Assembly (NCBI GenBank): GCA_010093605.1
Contig: MU004185.1
Span: 1,323,334-1,387,333 of the forward strand
Direction: 5' to 3'
DNA from: Lophium mytilinum
Lineage: Eukaryota
DNA length: 64,000 bases
A program made the position numbers and the translations under genes. Position 1 is the stretch's first letter, and every line of letters begins with the position of its first letter. Below, piece after piece: positions 58,191-64,000 of the stretch. The notes under the pieces were generated by a model that was not told the DNA's origin, searched no databases, and saw nothing but the letters and a program-made list of their open reading frames with translations.

Positions 58191-59586
58191 ATTTGCTCTA
58201 GGGGTCTCTACACATGGTCTCTAAATTCGCACCTATGTAATTCCAGTACGACGTTCATCGAGAAACAGCTTTCTCTCCTTTGTGCGATTTCAGCCGCATA
58301 CAGCCTTAAGTTGGAAACCCTACCATCCAGGCTACAGAGAAGGGACGTATATATCTAAGCCTTACTTGGAAGTTGGCTCTTGTTGAAAGCAGCCACTTTT
58401 ATTTGTGACCTTTCCTACATATATACTATATAGACTTATGATACCAATTAACGATAGACGTGTGTATCACAGTCAAAACTCACATGCTAGATCAGAGTAT
58501 GCTAACATACCGTGGCTTATGGATTGCTAAATCAAGAGGTCAGATTGCAAAGGCATGTCAGTTTATTCTCGACTTTGCACTCGGCGAAAGGCTTGGTATA
58601 ACCATATGTCAGCGTGGTGGCGCACTTCCCGGACACTTCTCGGATTTCTCACCATCATCACGCTCGAGAGCTTCCCGCAGCCCTGCTGGCTGTGCAGCAT
58701 AGTTGTCGCGCACTCCGCGCAGAACTGTGGCGTTATTGTGACGCCTCTCAAGAATATGGGGTTTTGCATCTAGGTACAGCGAGTTGGTGCAGGATATGGA
58801 GGTCTATCAACCTCACTTGACGTAGCACATGCACGTTGATAATCCTGCATCTTGTACTATCATTCTATTCAGCTGGTTTCTATTACTTAAAAGTCGATCC
58901 TGTCCCATTTCAGCGAATCGGCGTCGTGCGATGGCCACGGTAAGCAAAGGTGTGATATACGAGGTGGGTGGGTTCTGGGGCTGACAATTACCAGGCTCAT
59001 ACTTGGATCGATCTTGGCCATCACGCACGATGCCCGCAGTTTGGACCAAGATCCAATTGACCCTCGCCGCTCTCTTTTTGCACCTTTATCTAAAGCCCAT
59101 TATCTCATTGCAACGATAGTGGAGGGTTGAGTTCACCGGACAATGCAATGAGTTCGCATCACTGTCTAATCAGCATCTTGCGTTACCCCAACTGGGCAAA
59201 TGAATTAGCACCCCCGTCTAATCAGCATCGTGCGTTACCCCAGAAGGGCAAAAGGTGTAAAGGCAATCTTCAGCCTTAAAAAAGGCAGACCGCTGTTGTT
59301 GGTCCTTGGCGCACCCGCGTTCGGTGTACAGCAGTTCTTCAGCTCGGGCGATCCAACGCTTGTGCTGGTCAGCCAATGGCACAGGGGGTTTTTCATGCAC
59401 CTCACCTTCTAGGGTAAGATCTGTCATGGTTGGCAAAATGTATTCGTAGTTGCATGCATGTATTAGCGACTTGGCCACCTAGTATAAACACAGCCTTGAA
59501 TCAGCAGCCACTTCTTCGCATCATATCCTTACTTTCATATATTGACTCACACCTTTGATATATTACTTAGAGAGTTGGGAAGTCAA

Positions 59587-61464
59587 ATGGACAATCGCAA
59601 TATCGTGGACTCAATCTCAGAAAGGGATGACGAGCTCGACTCCCTAATGGCTTCATACAAGAACCTCCAAGATGACACATGGTCCGACGTTGAAACAAAA
59701 CCTCGAAGGTCCAATCACATCCCAGAGAAGAAAATACCCACGGACGGCCTCCTGGAATTCAAAGAACCTTTGAGATGGCATCTTCGCGGCCTCTTATTCT
59801 ACTCAATTGGTATCCTCGCTCTTCTCGGGTGGGTCTACTCAGGGCCTTCTTATGACCGCTGGTCAAGACGGGTCCTACGCACCGGCAACCTAAAGGTCGA
59901 CCAGTTCTACTCCGGCGTCGCATCCGTCGCCATCTTCGTCCCCGTCGCCGCCCTCGTTGGCCAGATCTGCCTCGAGTTCGGCTTACTCCACCCCTTCTCA
60001 ATTGCCCACAGGACACCAGTATCAGCAGCGGACCTCGATAGGATGATCGACACCGGACCGTTCTCCCTACTCACCGTCTGGAAATACTCACGCGCACGCG
60101 CAGCCATGCTGGCGACCATCATGTTGATAGGCACCGCCATAGTCCCCGTCAGCTCCCTCCTCCTGAACGTGGACTGGTACTCGCCGCAAACGCACCAACA
60201 CGGCGTCGTTGGCCTGCCCGTGCTCCAGCCCGCCGAAGGTCTACTCAGCATGTCCAAGATGATGGGCTACTCCGGCTCCGGCCCACTCGTCAGCCACTTC
60301 GACGAGACCGACTTCGTGCTGGAGATGATAACCGACACACACAAAGGCGCCATCATCAGCCGGCGCGGCGGCCTCAGCACCGCGGACGCCCAACTGGGCC
60401 CCATCTCCACCATGAACATCTCCTTCTCCCAGGGCGTGCAATACACCGGCCTCGTATCTTTCACCTGGAGCTCCGCATGCGAAAACGCCAACGACGAGAT
60501 CCACTACACCGCCGCCCTCTCCGACGACAAGCCCAGCGTCAACTTCACCTGGCCCGACGGCACAACCAACACCACCACCCCGGGAAACATGCCCATCTTC
60601 ATGTGGAGCGCGTCGCCCAAAACCCCGAGCGGCATCCCCCTCGGCGGCACCACCTACATCGCGCAAGCCTCCCTCATGCGCAACTACACCCCCTCCGCCC
60701 TCAGCACCGCCGACGGCATCACCCCCGCGCCGCTCCCGGGTGTCTGGATCTCGCGCGTCAAATGCACGCCCGCGATGCGCTGGCACGTGAGCGCGTGCAC
60801 TGCCGACGGGCGCGCCATGCAGAACTGCAGCGACGCGGCGGGGGCGAACACGACGGCGCTGGACACGGTGGCGCTGGACACGTTGTCAGGCTACATGACC
60901 GCCGTGCCGTGGCTGCTGTACCTGCGCAACGATTACACGTTCCGCATGACGCTGGAGCCGTTCTACGTGATGCCGACGACGGGGCATTACGAGCGCATCT
61001 TAGGGGTGCTGGCGGAGTCCATCGCGGCGGTGGCGACGGCGGGGTATTTTGGCACGGCGACGGTGGCGACGGTGGGGGAGGAGCCGCGGTTGGTGTATGT
61101 GGTGCGGGTGTATGTGTTGTTTATTTTGCTGGGGCTGGTTTATGTGGTCGTGGGGTTGAGTGCGGCGGATTTGGGGTATAGTCGGGCGAAGCGGTTGCCG
61201 TTTCGCAAGGCGACGTTTTTGACGATTGCGTATGCGGTGCATGGGAGGGGTGTGGATTGGGACGATGGGTGTGGGTGTGTGATGAGTCGGGCGGAGTTGC
61301 GGAGGCGGAATCAGATGGAGCTGCGGTATGGGATTGATGTGAAGGATCGGCTGCATGTTGGGTTTGCGGGGGAGGTAAAGGGGTGGGGAGGGAGAGGGGA
61401 GGACGAGGAGAACGGGGCTGGGGATAGGGAAGAGGAGGGATATGAGCAGATTGAGATTTCTTGA
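59587..61464 (+). CDS. Hypothetical multi-pass membrane glycoprotein (~625 aa)
   Basis: Intronless ORF with ~3 N-terminal hydrophobic helices, a luminal region with N-glycosylation sequons and Cys residues, and a C-terminal TM helix. Confidence 0.8.
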   Translation: MDNRNIVDSISERDDELDSLMASYKNLQDDTWSDVETKPRRSNHIPEKKIPTDGLLEFKEPLRWHLRGLLFYSIGILALLGWVYSGPSYDRWSRRVLRTGNLKVDQFYSGVASVAIFVPVAALVGQICLEFGLLHPFSIAHRTPVSAADLDRMIDTGPFSLLTVWKYSRARAAMLATIMLIGTAIVPVSSLLLNVDWYSPQTHQHGVVGLPVLQPAEGLLSMSKMMGYSGSGPLVSHFDETDFVLEMITDTHKGAIISRRGGLSTADAQLGPISTMNISFSQGVQYTGLVSFTWSSACENANDEIHYTAALSDDKPSVNFTWPDGTTNTTTPGNMPIFMWSASPKTPSGIPLGGTTYIAQASLMRNYTPSALSTADGITPAPLPGVWISRVKCTPAMRWHVSACTADGRAMQNCSDAAGANTTALDTVALDTLSGYMTAVPWLLYLRNDYTFRMTLEPFYVMPTTGHYERILGVLAESIAAVATAGYFGTATVATVGEEPRLVYVVRVYVLFILLGLVYVVVGLSAADLGYSRAKRLPFRKATFLTIAYAVHGRGVDWDDGCGCVMSRAELRRRNQMELRYGIDVKDRLHVGFAGEVKGWGGRGEDEENGAGDREEEGYEQIEIS

Positions 61465-63319
61465 TGATGGAGGTTGGTAATGGTTTATGGTATATGATCT
61501 ACGATTGATGCTGGAATGACGGGAAGAGAGCTGTAGAATGGTGTATACACGCAAAGATGAATAGACGAGCTAAGCAATGTGAGAGATTGACCTACATACG
61601 TTACGGTTTCTATTGTGGAGGTGCCTTCGTAGCTTTTGATATATCTAGACAAGACATCGAGTCCCTACATTTGGAAACTTTTAAACACGCTCTGCGATCC
61701 GCTAGCAGGCGTTTTTCGTCCAGGCATTTCATCTCTCAGCCACGTGTCGGAAAACACGGATGAGACATGCTTATAGAAAATCGTAATATGAGACAGGGCC
61801 GGCACAGCGCCGAGTCAATGATGACGTCCACGAAGGATACGAGAGAGTGGAGTAGAGCTCTGCCACTGCTGACGCTGTACCCACCTTAGGGGGCTACGTA
61901 GTGATGAAGTTGATCGTTACAAGCTATTAATAGGGCTCTGATAGTCAACGACCACTTGAACAATGCGCGTTTGAACGGTCTGCAGAGACCGAGAGAGCGT
62001 GGCAGACGAGAGTCCGGCGAGTCGTCACTCACCAGCCGGGAAGAGCTCGTGTGTGCCCTGTTTGAGAGTCGGATGTGCCCGCAAGGGTGCTCAAGGTGAA
62101 ACACGCGCGCAAGGAATAGTGATGTCGGGAGCAAGGATGCAAGAAAAGCACATGACATCGGCCGATGGGAGGCAGTTGATACTGGGAAGAGCATTGTATT
62201 CCTGTACATAGAGAAGAGAAAGAATCTATGAATAGGAGAAACTTATCGAAACTAGTGATGCTGTTTGGGACGCATTATTTACAGTTTGGATCAAACGGTG
62301 AGGGTCTCGGGCCTGCAGGATGGGCAACCTTGTTGCCGCAGCGACTCCCTCACGGCTCGACACGTCAATGGTGAGGCATGGAGGCTGAGCATCGTGACGT
62401 TTGCAAGGCGATCCAACCAGCATAGTGCCGTCTACCCATTGGCGGCCGCAGGATATCGTGGATTCGTGAGGATGATAGCGGCCGTTGGCGGATGGACATG
62501 CGCAGAGCCCACCCCACATGCGGCGGAGTGCATGCCGTCTCTCGTGCCGCGCGTGGCATCCAACGGCGTGACGGGTGATTTGGATGGGCTGTCGTACCGA
62601 GCTTTGCCTGTGCAACTCTGGTGGCCCAGACGAGGCTGTCGCCGTGGTTTGCGCAACGGCAGACAGGCGGCCGGGTCGAGCGGCTCCATCGAATGGTTCG
62701 AACAGCGGGCCGTCTGGGCATTCCTATACGGCAACTGCTTCATATGTACGATCGGGGAGCGCGCAGTGGAGCGCGTCTTGTCAGCTCGCACGCAGCAGAT
62801 CTCATCTTAACGGCGGTGCGTTCGGCCAGCGAGAGGTCGCAGAGCGGGATCCCCTAGCAGGTCAAGCTTTTTAGCGTCCCTAAAGCAAATTAGCGACTTC
62901 GGTCTGCGTTCCAATAGTTGCCCAGGCAAAATCCACAGCTTCACCCGCCCGTGCGACAGCGAGCCCCGAGCAGCCCCTTCACCTCCTCAAACACTCTGCA
63001 GGAGGGCTTCACGATCCTCAAACACTCTCGCTCGCTGTCCTCACCCCAAGTCACTCGTTCTAGCATTGCATTAGCCTCGTCGATAGCGTTCCTGCGCCCG
63101 CTGCAGTGAGCTAGGTACCGGCTCCTCACATCCCGCGCCACCACCAATCACCACATTCGACCCGTCTGCAACACTCCGCATCCTTGGAAAGCGTCATGCC
63201 CGCCTGGGCTTCCTCCTGACCGTCGTCTCTGGCCTGGCTCTTATCCTCCGACATCACCACCAACACCCACACCTCTACGGAACCCCCTCCTCCCACATCG
63301 CCGTCGCCCGGCTCAGGCA

Positions 63320-64000
63320 ATGAGGATGCTCTCCTCGTCGCTGGCCTCCCGGGCGAGCACTATTGCGACCCTCATCGCGTCACTCTGCCTTCTCCGTGGA
63401 GCGACCGCGTTCAATTTTGCTCCCATAGCTTCGCCCGATCTCGACTTGAAGAATCTCGGCCGCGTCGCCCTCGCCGGCGACTTCGACTCAATCTCACTCT
63501 ACCAATTCGAAGGACAGAACGAAAATGCCGCATCGCCGAGCGCTGGCTCGCTGCTCACCCGATTCCCCAATGGCGTCTTCACGTCACTGCAGGAAACCGA
63601 CGGCGAGATCCGCGCAATGTGCCCGTTCATCTCCAATGGTACACTGCAGGGTATAGTCTTCGGAGGAAACTTCACCAGCGTCGGCGGCGTCGCTGCGCAA
63701 GGCATCGCCCTTCTCAACGTCGACAACGCCAAAATTACCGCTCTCCCTGGCCTCAATGGATCTGTCAACGCCCTCATGTGCGACAAAGATACTAGTAGAG
63801 TCTACGTTGGAGGATCTTTCACTGGCGGCGGTGCGCAGAACGCAATTGTGTGGATAACGGACTGGACAAACATGCCATTCTCAGGATTTAATGGACCGGT
63901 TACGTCTATCGCAAAGGCTTCCAATGGCAACGTTATCTTCGGCGGAACGTTTGATGGATTGGGAAACACCACGACGCCGAAAGAGAAGGATGTCCAGGTC
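63320..64000 (+). CDS. RAX2: Polarity/cell morphogenesis protein Rax2, 5' part (runs off window)
   Basis: Signal peptide then PDLDLKNLGRVALAGDFDSISLY, GGNFTSVGG, VYVGGSF, PFSGFNGPVTSI and IFGGTFDGLG. Open to the window end. Confidence 0.9.
   Translation, partial: MRMLSSSLASRASTIATLIASLCLLRGATAFNFAPIASPDLDLKNLGRVALAGDFDSISLYQFEGQNENAASPSAGSLLTRFPNGVFTSLQETDGEIRAMCPFISNGTLQGIVFGGNFTSVGGVAAQGIALLNVDNAKITALPGLNGSVNALMCDKDTSRVYVGGSFTGGGAQNAIVWITDWTNMPFSGFNGPVTSIAKASNGNVIFGGTFDGLGNTTTPKEKDVQV

Overview
Gene-dense eukaryotic DNA from a filamentous ascomycete (Pezizomycotina; short GT-AG introns with CTRAC branch points). About 23 protein-coding genes are supported: the RRN3 3' end, a pfkB/ketohexokinase-like kinase, a kinesin, a DsbA/thioredoxin-like protein, ERV46, a SulP sulfate permease, BUB2, a SnoaL-like protein, an alpha/beta hydrolase, KRE33/NAT10, a ZZZ3-like protein, ALG6, nucleolin NSR1, an SclR/UrdA-type bHLH factor, a Zn2Cys6 factor, USB1, PAL1, the RAX2 5' part and several hypothetical proteins. 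No intact transposon or CRISPR array was seen. The most interesting non-coding signals are four. (1) A strictly strand-biased cluster of 13 GTGGG (+3 GAGGG) motifs lies in the nucleolin 5' leader and leader intron, which also holds a single short uORF; this is a candidate autoregulatory splicing or G-quadruplex switch. (2) A Pol III tRNA-like gene has an intact body but an aberrant anticodon arm. (3) Local C-rich to G-rich skew inversions recur and ignore exon and intron boundaries. (4) Two degenerate long-unit tandem arrays sit in convergent intergenic gaps. All calls were made by eye; no database search was run.
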